64,000 nt of DNA from a virus. A program made the translations under genes and the position numbers. The notes below the pieces were generated by a model, which saw only the letters and a program-made list of their open reading frames with translations, did not search any database and was not told the DNA's origin. How positions within the stretch are numbered: position 1 is the stretch's first letter; every line of letters begins with the position of its first letter. This document shows, piece after piece, positions 46,432-56,011 of the stretch. The stretch spans positions 509-64,508 of IMG/VR virus record IMGVR_UViG_3300040801_001812; one strand, given 5' to 3'.

Positions 46432-47477
46432 CAGAGCTTGTCCTCTTTGAGACTCGAAGACAGCTCAGCGTTGGCGTGATCGGCGATCATCAGGAAGCGT
46501 TTCCGCTGACGAGAACGGAACTTGCTCTGGTCGATGGTCGCGCTGAAGGGGTTGTCTTGGATGGTCTGGGCGTAGTAACCACCCAAGAGGTGGGCCACCG
46601 CTGCCGAGTAGCGATAGACGAAGGTCTGAAGGATCTCAACCCGCTGCTCCCACGGCAGCTCAGCGAACCTGTCGAACAGCTTGACGTACATTTCGGTACG
46701 ACGACGGTCCCACGCTCTCCACGACCGATGAATACTGCCCGACTTGGTGTATTTCTCCGGAGCCGGGGGAATGGTGATGTTGAACGCCTCTTCCATCTCA
46801 GGCATGATGCTCTTGTCGAGCAAGAGCTTCATGGAGAAGTTCCGAGAATCAACCTGCGACAACGTCGAAAAGTCATCGTAAGCCTCGGCAAGACCATAGA
46901 TCGCAGCATTCGGAACGCTGTACTCTCGGGAATACCTTCCGCAGAAGTGGTCCTTCCAACTGTGGTCGTCCGAAGTCACACATCGGGTCAGGTTACCAAG
47001 GGTGATACCCGAGTAGACCTTCCGGCGACAGCCGTATCGGGACACCTCGTCCAGCTCGACGACATGGCTGGTGACCATGTAGGCGAGAGCAGCGAAATAG
47101 TCCACGAACCGCTGGGAAGTGATCTTCCGGTGGGCGTGCTCACGAGCACGTTGAACCTCTTCCTCCCAATCGCAGAGACAATCACTCGCCATCACGAGGG
47201 TCTCTTTACATACAGCGCCATCGTTGATGGCAGCGTCCAGGTCTTCGGCGAACATGTGGGTCGGATCCACGTTGACCACCAGAGCCTTGAACCGGGTCTG
47301 ATTGATGACGCTCTGCCGACCACACGAGTCCACACGGACCTTCGGGACAGCGACCCGCTCAATGATGCGGACAGGCTTCGCCGCCTCGATGGTAGCCCCA
47401 CAGGACTGCCCGTTGTTGGGGTTGTATCCCTTGATGTAGGCGTAGGTCTCACCGGCTTTGACTTGATTGACGTACAT
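46431..47477 (-). CDS. hypothetical 348-aa protein
   Basis: ORF track, translational coupling. Confidence 0.6.
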   Translation of the reverse strand: MYVNQVKAGETYAYIKGYNPNNGQSCGATIEAAKPVRIIERVAVPKVRVDSCGRQSVINQTRFKALVVNVDPTHMFAEDLDAAINDGAVCKETLVMASDCLCDWEEEVQRAREHAHRKITSQRFVDYFAALAYMVTSHVVELDEVSRYGCRRKVYSGITLGNLTRCVTSDDHSWKDHFCGRYSREYSVPNAAIYGLAEAYDDFSTLSQVDSRNFSMKLLLDKSIMPEMEEAFNITIPPAPEKYTKSGSIHRSWRAWDRRRTEMYVKLFDRFAELPWEQRVEILQTFVYRYSAAVAHLLGGYYAQTIQDNPFSATIDQSKFRSRQRKRFLMIADHANAELSSSLKEDKL

Positions 47478-47995
47478 TAGTGCCTCCAGTATTCGGGCGG
47501 GTTGACGTTTCGGATGAAATTGCCACAGACATCTGCGATAGCTTCCTGCGGTATGTCGGAGAGGTCTTCGAGATCCGGGTCATCCGTCCGGATAAGCTCA
47601 ACGACCCAGGAGTGCAGACCGGTGCCGATGGTTGGCTTTTCCAAGAACACGGTCTTCATCACACGGTTCGTGTACCGGTCGTCCTGCACGCGCTCCGTCT
47701 TCGGACGACGAACCTTGAACCAGAACGTCCGTGACTCCCCGAGATCCTCTCGGGACATGGTGAACCAGAACTTCGACCCGAGTCGAATGGTTCCCGGCTG
47801 CGTCTCAAACTTAATCTTCGGGTTCTCAGGCTTACCCGTTTCCGGGTTCTTGGTCTGATAGCCTTTGGGCCAGAAGCACATGAAGTGGAGGACCCTCTTG
47901 AGTTCATCCTCCGTCTTACGGAGTTGCTCACGCTTCTCCTCCAACTCTTTGTAGAGGACTAACGTGTCGAGCATCTTCTGCCGTTCTGCGTCCAT
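47477..47995 (-). CDS. hypothetical protein
   Basis: ORF track, RBS GGAGG. Confidence 0.55.
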   Translation of the reverse strand: MDAERQKMLDTLVLYKELEEKREQLRKTEDELKRVLHFMCFWPKGYQTKNPETGKPENPKIKFETQPGTIRLGSKFWFTMSREDLGESRTFWFKVRRPKTERVQDDRYTNRVMKTVFLEKPTIGTGLHSWVVELIRTDDPDLEDLSDIPQEAIADVCGNFIRNVNPPEYWRH

Positions 47996-48176
47996 CAGTC
48001 GTCCTCCGTCAAAACCCCAATCATGTCCGAAATTTGCTGGTACTGTTCCGACCCCTCAGCATAGCTGTTTTCCATGTAAGCAAAAAGCGCGTCTACAACA
48101 TACGCAGCCTCAAGCTGCGTAAAACGAACTGTTTGCGCCCCATTCGACTCTACTTTGAGTGCTTCCATATGACCTC

Positions 48177-48704
48177 CTAGTTACAGTAGGCTACAGCCCT
48201 ACTGATCGCGTTCCCAGCCCCGATCAGCGAAAACGTGAAATAGGCAGTACCCCCCGAAAAGTAGTCCAATTCAATAGTCATGGATTCAAGGTTCATAACC
48301 CGATCTATGAAATCGCCCTGATCCAGAGGGATCAGCATCCGCTCACCCTTGGGCTGGGCGAAAGACATTTCGATCACCTCACTACCACCATAGTCCCACC
48401 GAACCCTCGTCTCCAGCCTGTAATCCGTGGCGTTGACAGAATACGTATCCTTGAGGGTAAGCCCCCCGTCGAAGTACAGCATGACCATCGGTTCGTAACC
48501 CGGATCCTTCCGGACGATGATCATAGCCTTAACATTTCTGTAGATGCCCTGAGTCAGTGAGGTCGGAGCGAAGGGTGACGCAGCGTAACACTGCTTCTCA
48601 TTGGTCATGGGATCCTTCGATTCCTCAAAGGTCCACTGCGCGGAAGCGGTCGGGGTGATAGCGAGCAGGGCGAACAAAACGAGAACGAAACCGAACTTTT
48701 TCAT
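48177..48704 (-). CDS. secreted/periplasmic protein
   Basis: Sec signal MKKFGFVLVLFALLAITPTASA-QW; W...DPMT..K...A motif. Confidence 0.65.
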   Translation of the reverse strand: MKKFGFVLVLFALLAITPTASAQWTFEESKDPMTNEKQCYAASPFAPTSLTQGIYRNVKAMIIVRKDPGYEPMVMLYFDGGLTLKDTYSVNATDYRLETRVRWDYGGSEVIEMSFAQPKGERMLIPLDQGDFIDRVMNLESMTIELDYFSGGTAYFTFSLIGAGNAISRAVAYCN

Positions 48705-48721
48705 GCTACCTCCAGGTAGAG

Positions 48722-48751
48722 AAAAGGGGGCTATCCCGATGGATAGCCCCC
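48722..48751 (-). terminator. rho-independent terminator
   Basis: GGGGGCTATCC-ATCG-GGATAGCCCCC followed by TTTT on the minus strand. Confidence 0.75.
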
Positions 48752-48779
48752 TGGTTGATGTTGCGCGACAGGCTACGAC

Positions 48780-49346
48780 CTACAGGTCGAAGTCGTCATC
48801 CTCGTCGAGCATCTCGTCGTCCTCTTCCTCGTCGTCGTCCGAGGAGTCGTCCTCGTCGGTGACGGTGAAGACGTTGAGCCACTCGTCCCGGTCGCCCCAG
48901 TTGTTGTCGATCTGGTCGAAGGTGGTGAGGAGGAAGGACTTGCCCTTCTCCTTGGCGAAGGTGAGACCCTTGAGGGTCAAGCTCGACAGGAAGTCGAGCT
49001 GCTCCTCGGTCGGGACGTCGAGGTAGTAGTACACCGCGTAGCACTCGTTGTCGTTGCCGCTCACGGGGTGGACGTTCTTCTTCTTGTCGGTCCACTCGGC
49101 GGGACGGCGACGGGCAGCGAAGCCCAGAGCCGTGAGCTTGTCGTGGACCTTCTTGGTCGGCACGCCACCGAACAACACGTAGGTGTTGATGATGGTACCG
49201 TCGCTCTTGGTCTCGATCATGAAGTACCGGGTGTCCAAGATGAACGGACGAGGGTTCTGACCCGCGAACTTCGCACCCGCGATGGCCTTCTGGACCCACT
49301 CGTTCACGTAGCGGACGGTGTACTTGCGATTTTTCTTCTCAGCCAT
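48780..49346 (-). CDS. probably highly expressed hypothetical protein with acidic tail
   Basis: strong codon bias, RBS GGAGG, own terminator. Confidence 0.65.
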   Translation of the reverse strand: MAEKKNRKYTVRYVNEWVQKAIAGAKFAGQNPRPFILDTRYFMIETKSDGTIINTYVLFGGVPTKKVHDKLTALGFAARRRPAEWTDKKKNVHPVSGNDNECYAVYYYLDVPTEEQLDFLSSLTLKGLTFAKEKGKSFLLTTFDQIDNNWGDRDEWLNVFTVTDEDDSSDDDEEEDDEMLDEDDDFDL

Positions 49347-49406
49347 GGTGACCTCCTGGTCTGGTTCGTATGGTTGACAACCGGTTGCATCAAGACCACT
49401 GACGGC

Positions 49407-49682
49407 TCACTGCTTGAAGCGAGTCGTCAGAGCGATGGTGACGTTGTCACCAATATCCTGCTCGGGCTTGTCCCGATCCGGGTAGATCTCGTCGAGTTCC
49501 CGTTCGAGCATCTCTTCGAGACAGTCGGCGATGTCCGCGTTGTCACGGGTGAGGACCGCACCCAGGGGGATGCGGAAGGTGACCTGCACGACGCCATCCT
49601 TGATGGATTCGAGAGCTTCGAACTTCTCCAGGTTGAGGGCGATCTCTTCGTCGGTCAAGTTGTGGGTCAGATTGACAGGCAT
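49407..49682 (-). CDS. small acidic protein
   Basis: start MPVNLT at 49682 after GAAGGA. Confidence 0.5.
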   Translation of the reverse strand: MPVNLTHNLTDEEIALNLEKFEALESIKDGVVQVTFRIPLGAVLTRDNADIADCLEEMLERELDEIYPDRDKPEQDIGDNVTIALTTRFKQ

Positions 49683-49692
49683 ATCCTTCTCC

Positions 49693-50523
49693 TTAAGCGC
49701 AGTTCGCGGCCACACGGATGTCCAACGCCTCAGCCTCCTCCTCCAGCACACGCTGGCGGGGGAAATACCGACGAGTGGGGTCGTTCTCGAAGTAGATCTG
49801 ACGACGCAGCTCCAAGATGCGATCAAGGAGCTTCGCTTCCAAATCGGTGAGGACCGTCGCTGGTGGGTGGTTCTTGAGACTGTCGATCATCTCGGTGGCA
49901 CCCGCGATGACGTCGGTCATCCCGTAGAAACCGAAGCACGATTCGAGATGGTTACCCCGGTCGTCCTCGATCACGTAGCCGTAGACCTCTCCTCGGATGT
50001 ACCGGTCGTAGATGTCCACCTCGGTCTGAAGCTGCATCTCAGCGCAGACCACCAACTCCTCATCGGAAACCCCGTGCTCAGAGGGGATACCAGCTTGCTC
50101 CGGGGTCATGAAGATGAACCCGACCTGCCCACTGTCCCACGGACAGGAGAAGCCTCCGGTGTTCATGGTGATACCGGAGTGGTCGTAGAGGTAGAGCGGG
50201 AGGACGATGAAGTTGCACTTCTGGGCATACTGGTACAGCTCCCCAGGAGTGGCGTAATCGAGATCCCAGCGGTCATCGGCCTTCGGGGAGGACCAGATAG
50301 CCTCCTTGAGAACCTGGACACCGTCCTTGTCCCCCAGGTTGTACCTGGAGTGCCAGCACACCATCGTGCCCATCGGTTCCCAGTCTCGGGGAGACTCGGG
50401 ATCCTCATCGCGGGTGATCCGGACCTTGACCTTCAGGTCCTTCAGGTACGTATCCCCGAAGTCCAGATTGTACGGGTTGGGGTCCAGATTGTACGGGTTG
50501 GGGTTCTCAGGATTGCGAGCCAC
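49693..50523 (-). CDS. conserved mobile-element protein (LYDHSG...CPWDSGQVG motif)
   Basis: DEDPESPRDW...LPLYLYDHSGITMNTGGFSCPWDSGQVGFI...YIRGEVYGY...SCFGFYG. Confidence 0.65.
   Translation of the reverse strand: MARNPENPNPYNLDPNPYNLDFGDTYLKDLKVKVRITRDEDPESPRDWEPMGTMVCWHSRYNLGDKDGVQVLKEAIWSSPKADDRWDLDYATPGELYQYAQKCNFIVLPLYLYDHSGITMNTGGFSCPWDSGQVGFIFMTPEQAGIPSEHGVSDEELVVCAEMQLQTEVDIYDRYIRGEVYGYVIEDDRGNHLESCFGFYGMTDVIAGATEMIDSLKNHPPATVLTDLEAKLLDRILELRRQIYFENDPTRRYFPRQRVLEEEAEALDIRVAANCA
50461..50502. repeat. exact 21-bp tandem duplication (PNPYNLD x2)
   Basis: GTCCAGATTGTACGGGTTGGG twice in tandem. Confidence 0.85.
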
Positions 50524-50526
50524 AGG

Positions 50527-50841
50527 TCACCAGCCCTTCTGGTCGGAGTAGACCCAGTACACACCCGTGGCGATGGAGCGGACGGCCCAGGCGACGGTCT
50601 CGTAGACCTCTTTCGCCTTGTTGTAGGTGCAGAGACGGAACAGCTCCTGGCTCTCCGAGAGGTTCGGGGGGCGCGACTCGGCGCGCACGATGGAGAGCCT
50701 ACGACGCTCGATAGCCCCACGGCGCATCTGCGCTCGGTACGGCTTACCGTTGAGCCACTCAGGTGCGATCCCCAGCTTGTCGCGGAGCTTCGCCACCTCG
50801 TGAGTCGTCAGTACGGCGGTTCCCTTGGTCATCTTCTTCAT
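50527..50841 (-). CDS. basic hypothetical protein
   Basis: RBS GAAAGGA. Confidence 0.55.
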   Translation of the reverse strand: MKKMTKGTAVLTTHEVAKLRDKLGIAPEWLNGKPYRAQMRRGAIERRRLSIVRAESRPPNLSESQELFRLCTYNKAKEVYETVAWAVRSIATGVYWVYSDQKGW

Positions 50842-50931
50842 GGTGTTGTCCTTTCAAGGTTTTCTTATTGGTTGCTTGATCGGCTCTTTGACTCTCGGGC
50901 AAGACGAAGCCGAACCCTCCGTCTTCAGTCA

Positions 50932-51315
50932 TCACACAGGGCGTGTGACGCCACCGCACTTCGGGCAGACACCCGAAGGCATAGTCATCAGCTTGGACAG
51001 CGACTCCAGGTCGATATCCGGAAGCATCTCCGGACGACCGCAGATCGTGTCGCAGTCCTCACAGAAGTGGAACTCCTGGTCGGCATCGAAGTCGTCGGCC
51101 TCTGGATCGATGACATCCATGAACATCTCAGGGGCTTCACCATTGGTGATCCGAAGACCGTTGTGCGCCCAGAACATGGAACTGAAAACGTGACCAGTGA
51201 CCACGCCATCGTTCTCATGCCACTGCGTGATGAAGTCCTCACGCTCTGGGTGCCAGTTGTAGGTCAGCAGGCTGTCCACAGCCGCGAAAAACTGGATCAT
51301 TCCGACATCAACCAT
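50932..51315 (-). CDS. Cys-containing hypothetical protein
   Basis: FCEDCD...VCPKCGG; RBS AAGGAGG. Confidence 0.55.
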   Translation of the reverse strand: MVDVGMIQFFAAVDSLLTYNWHPEREDFITQWHENDGVVTGHVFSSMFWAHNGLRITNGEAPEMFMDVIDPEADDFDADQEFHFCEDCDTICGRPEMLPDIDLESLSKLMTMPSGVCPKCGGVTRPV

Positions 51316-51326
51316 CGTAATCCTCC

Positions 51327-52073
51327 TTATCGAGTCACAACGTTAGTCAAGACCATCCGGTCGTGCTCATCACTGTACACCCATGCCTGCCCATCCCTCA
51401 CGGGTTCCAACATGCAGTGTAGCTCCCGTACATCACCGAGATGCCACTCGGTTCTTCCACAGCGGTTGTAGCCTTTCTGAAAGACAGAACGTACGTAAAA
51501 TTTCGGGGGGAATTCCTCCATCAGCGCCAGCCACGGTACGTCGAGTTCATAGAACTCCCGGCTGAAGGGGACCGTATCATAGGCCGTGTACCGATCTTCA
51601 TCCCAAAACCAGACCTCCAGGTACCAGTTCTCCGGCTCAGGGAAATTCGCAGTTTCCCAGTGGAAGGTGACCTGAGTCTCTTTCATCCCGCTGTACAGGA
51701 TATGATCGGGGATAGTGTAGACCTCCATGTCCACGGTGCCCTCGTTGGGGCAGATCGGGACAGGGTACACGTCGTCGGCGGCATAGACGACACCGAAAGA
51801 CAGAAGCAAGGCAAGGATGAAGCAGACGAAAGCGGAACGGCGCATGTTGACCTCCTCGTAGGACGGTTCGGGTGCTCGCTCATCGAGCACCATCAGTACA
51901 TCTTGGACAGCGATGGTACCGTCAATCAGGTTCTCTTCGATGGCGTCACGGAGAACCTGATTGGACTCCCACCGATAGGTGGCGAACCCGTACAGACCAA
52001 GTACCTTGTCACACTCCTCACGGTGGAGTTGGGAAACGATCTCACGGGCGTCCTCTCGGTGCATAACGTTCAT
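51327..52073 (-). CDS. ORF with internal signal-peptide start (possible two in-frame products)
   Basis: internal GAGGAGG-N5-ATG at 51845 begins MRRSAFVCFILALLLSFGVVYA. Confidence 0.55.
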   Translation of the reverse strand: MNVMHREDAREIVSQLHREECDKVLGLYGFATYRWESNQVLRDAIEENLIDGTIAVQDVLMVLDERAPEPSYEEVNMRRSAFVCFILALLLSFGVVYAADDVYPVPICPNEGTVDMEVYTIPDHILYSGMKETQVTFHWETANFPEPENWYLEVWFWDEDRYTAYDTVPFSREFYELDVPWLALMEEFPPKFYVRSVFQKGYNRCGRTEWHLGDVRELHCMLEPVRDGQAWVYSDEHDRMVLTNVVTR

Positions 52074-52306
52074 TTGGCCTCCTTCTCACCTGAAGAACGG
52101 TTGGCGAACGTCTCACGGTACCAGTTCAGAGCCGCGACCAGCCACTTGTCTTCAGCGTAGAAGACATCTGGGTGTTCCTCACTGGGTCCGTGCGATCCTC
52201 CGTAGGACGTCACGGCGTTCTCGATGATCTGCCCCACCCGGAGCATGGGGAAGTCGTAACACGCCTCTGTAAGAGCCGCGATGACTTCCAGGTGATCGGA
52301 TTTCAT
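52070..52306 (-). CDS. conserved phage protein (P.LR.GQ.I.N...D.FY.ED motif)
   Basis: FPMLRVGQIIENAV...DVFYAEDKWLVAAL. Confidence 0.6.
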   Translation of the reverse strand: MKSDHLEVIAALTEACYDFPMLRVGQIIENAVTSYGGSHGPSEEHPDVFYAEDKWLVAALNWYRETFANRSSGEKEAK

Positions 52307-52330
52307 GGTGGGTGCACCCATACAGACCTC

Positions 52331-53080
52331 CTAGTCTTCGTCAAGGAAGGCGTCGAACTCCATCTCCACGAACTCGTCGCTACCGACGATGGAGTCCTCG
52401 GGGGAGAGCAGCTTGCAGGTCAGCGTACCGGCACGCGCACGCTTCTCGTACTCCTTGACGAGGGATTCGGCCTCCTCCTCAAAGTAACCCAGGTTGCCCA
52501 TGATGGAGTGTACGGCCTCCTGCCGTCGATTCACCACGTGGGACATCGCATCCCACGGCGGAAGAGCACTGTTGATGGCTCGCTTCTCAGCGGGCGTGAG
52601 GAGATCCTCGGGGATCTCGTCCTCCTTCATCCAGCGGGGACGCTGGTCTTGCGCCAGAGCGGGGACTTCTCCTCTCTTGAAAGCGTCGATGTACGTCTCG
52701 ACGTACTCCTTGGCCTCCTTGAGGCCCATGGTGTAGCCAAACCGCTCAGCGGACTCAGCGCGACACCACTTGATCGCCTGGATCGTCTTGACGTCCCCCA
52801 AAGGGTTGCTTTGGGTCCTGACGCCCTGAAGCCACTGCTTCACCTCGTCGGAGAACCAGTCCTCAGCGTTACCGAACGTCTTATCCCGCTTCTCGTCGAG
52901 ACGCTCGATCAGGACCTCGATGTTGCCCCTCAGCGTGTCGAGCTGATGCCGGGTCATCCGGTAGATGAGGACATCGCGGATGAAGGCGTACACCTCCGTG
53001 CTGCTCATCCCCATGCCCTCTTTTTCGAGACGACTTCCGGTGTCCGTTCCACGGATCTCAAACGTCGTCGAGTCGATCAT
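52331..53080 (-). CDS. protein containing a ribosomal L7/L12 C-terminal-like motif
   Basis: DVKTIQAIKWCRAESAERFGYTMGLKEAKEYVE; RBS GAAAGGAG. Confidence 0.6.
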   Translation of the reverse strand: MIDSTTFEIRGTDTGSRLEKEGMGMSSTEVYAFIRDVLIYRMTRHQLDTLRGNIEVLIERLDEKRDKTFGNAEDWFSDEVKQWLQGVRTQSNPLGDVKTIQAIKWCRAESAERFGYTMGLKEAKEYVETYIDAFKRGEVPALAQDQRPRWMKEDEIPEDLLTPAEKRAINSALPPWDAMSHVVNRRQEAVHSIMGNLGYFEEEAESLVKEYEKRARAGTLTCKLLSPEDSIVGSDEFVEMEFDAFLDED

Positions 53081-53399
53081 CCTAAGCTCCTTTCTGGACG
53101 CACTCCGACGCGCAACTCCTGAGTACAGTAGAGGCTTCGCCTCGGATCAGCACATCCTGAATCTTCTGCTGCGCGGCAGCATCTGCTCCTACAGCGGGGT
53201 CAACGAGCAGTACTTGAGTGGACGAGTCGCGCCCTCCTTTCTGGCCGAGTAGAAATCGGATCATCCTCTCGCAGTCTTTCCAACACACGCAGTGCCTCCT
53301 TCAGAGTCTCGCGTTTCAGGACGCTACGAGAGGGGAGAGTGCGCCTCACACATTCGCCTTCTCGGGATTTCCGACGACGCTTGCTTCGCTGCTGAACGG

Positions 53400-53825
53400 T
53401 CACCAGCCGATGGTTCCACCGAAGCTGATGTACCCACTGGAGCCTCCAGCCCCAACAGGGTACACCACAGCGCCACCAGTCACGAAACCCCCACCGAAGG
53501 GTCTTCGAGCGATGTACGCACCCCCGTAGTACGGTACCGGCCTCGGACCACAGGGTGGTCCAACAATCGGGCCGGTTGCCCGAACGGGTCCAGTTCCCCA
53601 GCGCATGGGGAGCCTGGAGTAATGGCGGGTGTCAACACCCACGTAGCTGTTGTAGTCGTGCCGAATGGTCCCATTCGGAATGGGACCGGGCTGAGCCGGG
53701 ATGCCGTAGACCGGCGCGTCGATGACCATGTGGGTCTGACCCACTACGACCTGAGCTTCGGCCTCGGGGGCTGAGATGATGGCCAGAGCCATCACGACGA
53801 ACAGAACGGACCAGAGTTTCTTCAT
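53400..53825 (-). CDS. secreted Gly/Pro/Tyr-rich low-complexity protein
   Basis: signal MKKLWSVLFVVMALAIISAPEAEA-Q. Confidence 0.6.
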   Translation of the reverse strand: MKKLWSVLFVVMALAIISAPEAEAQVVVGQTHMVIDAPVYGIPAQPGPIPNGTIRHDYNSYVGVDTRHYSRLPMRWGTGPVRATGPIVGPPCGPRPVPYYGGAYIARRPFGGGFVTGGAVVYPVGAGGSSGYISFGGTIGW

Positions 53826-53851
53826 GCGGGTTCCTTCCTTGTGAGTCTAGC

Positions 53852-54109
53852 TCACCACTTGCGGAGTTTGTATTCACCGGGGCCTCTGCCATCAATCTGA
53901 CGATTGATCTCATGACAGAGGTACTCCAGCTCGCGGATGTCCTCGTCGAGACGTTTCACGTCTTCTTCCTCGACGGCGTCTTGCCGGGTATCCAGCATCG
54001 CGTTGTGGGTACGCGTTATGGCACCGACGAGCGTGTTGAGCGTCTCGTGGTCGATCCTGAGGATGAACGATTGCCCTTTTGGGGCTTGGGTCAGGAACGT
54101 GAAGTCCAT
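53852..54109 (-). CDS. small hypothetical protein
   Basis: RBS AAAGGAG. Confidence 0.5.
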   Translation of the reverse strand: MDFTFLTQAPKGQSFILRIDHETLNTLVGAITRTHNAMLDTRQDAVEEEDVKRLDEDIRELEYLCHEINRQIDGRGPGEYKLRKW

Positions 54110-54110
54110 A

Positions 54111-54401
54111 CTACTCCTTTCTGTCCTTCTTCAGGGCCTCATTGAACCCACCCCGAGATCCGGGGCACCCGCACCCACAGAAGTTGGGTGCCCCACAAGT
54201 GTGGCAGTAGCCACACGAATCGTGACCCGGACGTCCTTCCTGCCAGCAGAGGATACGCTCGATGTTATCCTGATAGTCCAGGGGACCGAACTCAGGATGC
54301 TGGGCGTACCACTCCACGACAATCTGGGGAACATCCGAGATGTTGAACAGCGGATCAATCACTTTCGTCACAGCTACGCCTCCGTGTCGCAGATGGGGCA
54401 C
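54111..54401 (-). CDS. small Cys/His protein
   Basis: GHDSCGYCHTCGAPNFCGCGC; true start probably the GTG near 54371. Confidence 0.5.
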   Translation of the reverse strand: MPHLRHGGVAVTKVIDPLFNISDVPQIVVEWYAQHPEFGPLDYQDNIERILCWQEGRPGHDSCGYCHTCGAPNFCGCGCPGSRGGFNEALKKDRKE

Positions 54402-54607
54402 GGCTCATCGTCGAGCCACTCGTCGATGAAGTCGTTGAAACGAACCATCGCCCCGGTTCTGGAGTCGCGGTACTCCATTGCGGTTTCGGTGGAGAAGCGC
54501 ACGTTCCAGAAACACGTGCACTCCTGGCAGTGGACGCGGACCACGGTGTCCAGCGTTCCGTCGTCGATGAGAGTGTACTCCCGGTCCTTGGTAACCACGT
54601 GTGCCAT
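54374..54607 (-). CDS. small zinc-binding protein
   Basis: HCQEC...PCPIC; start MAHVVT after GAAAGGA. Confidence 0.5.
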   Translation of the reverse strand: MAHVVTKDREYTLIDDGTLDTVVRVHCQECTCFWNVRFSTETAMEYRDSRTGAMVRFNDFIDEWLDDEPCPICDTEA

Positions 54608-54649
54608 ATGCAAGATCCTTTCCGAAACCCTCCATGCAGGAGGGCTTCG

Positions 54650-54678
54650 AAAAAGAGGAAGGGGCCGAAGCCCCTTCC
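54650..54678 (-). terminator. rho-independent terminator (UUCG loop)
   Basis: GGAAGGGGC-TTCG-GCCCCTTCC-TCTTTTT on the minus strand. Confidence 0.8.
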
Positions 54679-54691
54679 ATCGTATCATCGA

Positions 54692-55507
54692 CTAGAAGTC
54701 GAGGATGTCGTCGAAGGCGTTCTGCGAAGCGACCTTGGCGTTCGCGGCCTTGGACAGCTCCTGCTTCTCCTCGACCTTCTCGGTCCAGATCGGCACCGCC
54801 GACTCGGGGCAGTTGGTGGCGTCGGCGAGGCGACGAACCGGCGATCCCTCGTCGGTGGTCTCACCGGCCCAGACGATGGCGTCGGTCAGAGCAACGCTGT
54901 GCTCGCCGTAGACACCGAGCACGAGGAACTGGAACCGCGACCACTGGTGGCGGGTCTCGCCGTTCTCGGGCTTGCGGCCCTTCTTGACCACGATGCCGAC
55001 ACCCTTGGGCTGGAACTCGGGACGGTCGTCGGCGTACTTGCCCTTGACGACGGGCGGGAACTTCGCCGAGATGTCCTTCTGCATTTCGGGGTTGATGTGC
55101 TCCCACGGGAGGACGTACACCGACTCGTCGGCGATGTTCGGGCCGAGCACCTCGGCCCGGTGGGCACGGAACGCCTCCAGGGTGAACATCCGGCAGCACC
55201 GGGTCGGGAAGCGGAAGACCGGCTTTCCGTCCTTCTGGATGGGCTTACCGTTCTTCCCGAACTTCACGAGGTTGGCCTTGGTGCAGCCTTCGTCGGCGAG
55301 CTGCTTCCGGCTCCCCTTGGAGCTGATGACGGGACCGTACCCCGAGAGCTTCGCGGTCGCCCGCAGGATGCTCGTGAACTCCTCGACGGAGTCGGGGTTG
55401 CAGATGTAGTTCCGCTTCACGGAGGTGCAGAAGCCCTTCAGGGTCTTCTCGACGTGCTTGCGGAAGGTCTCGAAAATGGCGATCTGGGTCTTGGTGAGCT
55501 TGGTCAT
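54692..55507 (-). CDS. probably highly expressed early protein of unknown function
   Basis: start MTKLTK at 55507 after GAAAGGAG; very strong C/G third-position bias; followed by a terminator. Confidence 0.7.
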   Translation of the reverse strand: MTKLTKTQIAIFETFRKHVEKTLKGFCTSVKRNYICNPDSVEEFTSILRATAKLSGYGPVISSKGSRKQLADEGCTKANLVKFGKNGKPIQKDGKPVFRFPTRCCRMFTLEAFRAHRAEVLGPNIADESVYVLPWEHINPEMQKDISAKFPPVVKGKYADDRPEFQPKGVGIVVKKGRKPENGETRHQWSRFQFLVLGVYGEHSVALTDAIVWAGETTDEGSPVRRLADATNCPESAVPIWTEKVEEKQELSKAANAKVASQNAFDDILDF

Positions 55508-55588
55508 ATCAGTGCTCCTTTCAAGAGCGGTTCGTTCGTCAGTAAGCATTGCGGAGAAACTGTGGATAAGGTCCGCGTTAACCGACGC

Positions 55589-55858
55589 CTAGGACAAGGT
55601 CATTGCGATCTTGCCATCGGGGTGCTTCCAGAGCATCAGCTCTCTCTGCGACCCCTTGTCACCGTAGATCACGGTGACGACATGATCGAAGGTGATGGGA
55701 TATCTGGACACACTCAGACGCGCAGATCCTTGGGCCAAGACATAGGTCCGGACGACTTCAGTGTCCTCCATGACCTGCCCGTGCGCTTGAGCGATCTCCG
55801 TGAGTCGGTCGATGAGGTCTGAGGGGGTGAATGAGCCGACTTCCTTCAGGAAGTCCAT
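55589..55858 (-). CDS. small hypothetical protein
   Basis: ORF track, TAGATG coupling. Confidence 0.5.
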   Translation of the reverse strand: MDFLKEVGSFTPSDLIDRLTEIAQAHGQVMEDTEVVRTYVLAQGSARLSVSRYPITFDHVVTVIYGDKGSQRELMLWKHPDGKIAMTLS

Positions 55859-55966
55859 CTACTCACCCAGCACCGCGTTGGCGAGCTTGCTGTAGAGGTC
55901 GATGGCGTACCAGAGGCCCACCCAGTAGATCACTACACGAAACACGTTCTTTGCGAGGTCGTCCAT
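55859..55966 (-). CDS. 35-aa hydrophobic peptide (not in ORF track)
   Basis: MDDLAKNVFRVVIYWVGLWYAIDLYSKLANAVLGE after GAAAGGAG. Confidence 0.5.
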   Translation of the reverse strand: MDDLAKNVFRVVIYWVGLWYAIDLYSKLANAVLGE

Positions 55967-56011
55967 ATGTGGCTCCTTTCAAGAGCAGGTTACGGTTAAC
56001 GATAAGCGAGC

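Noticed and set aside
49531-51471. 646-aa plus-strand ORF (also 54530-55822 and 46476-47480)
   Set aside because: Overlaps several well-supported minus-strand genes; shadow ORFs.
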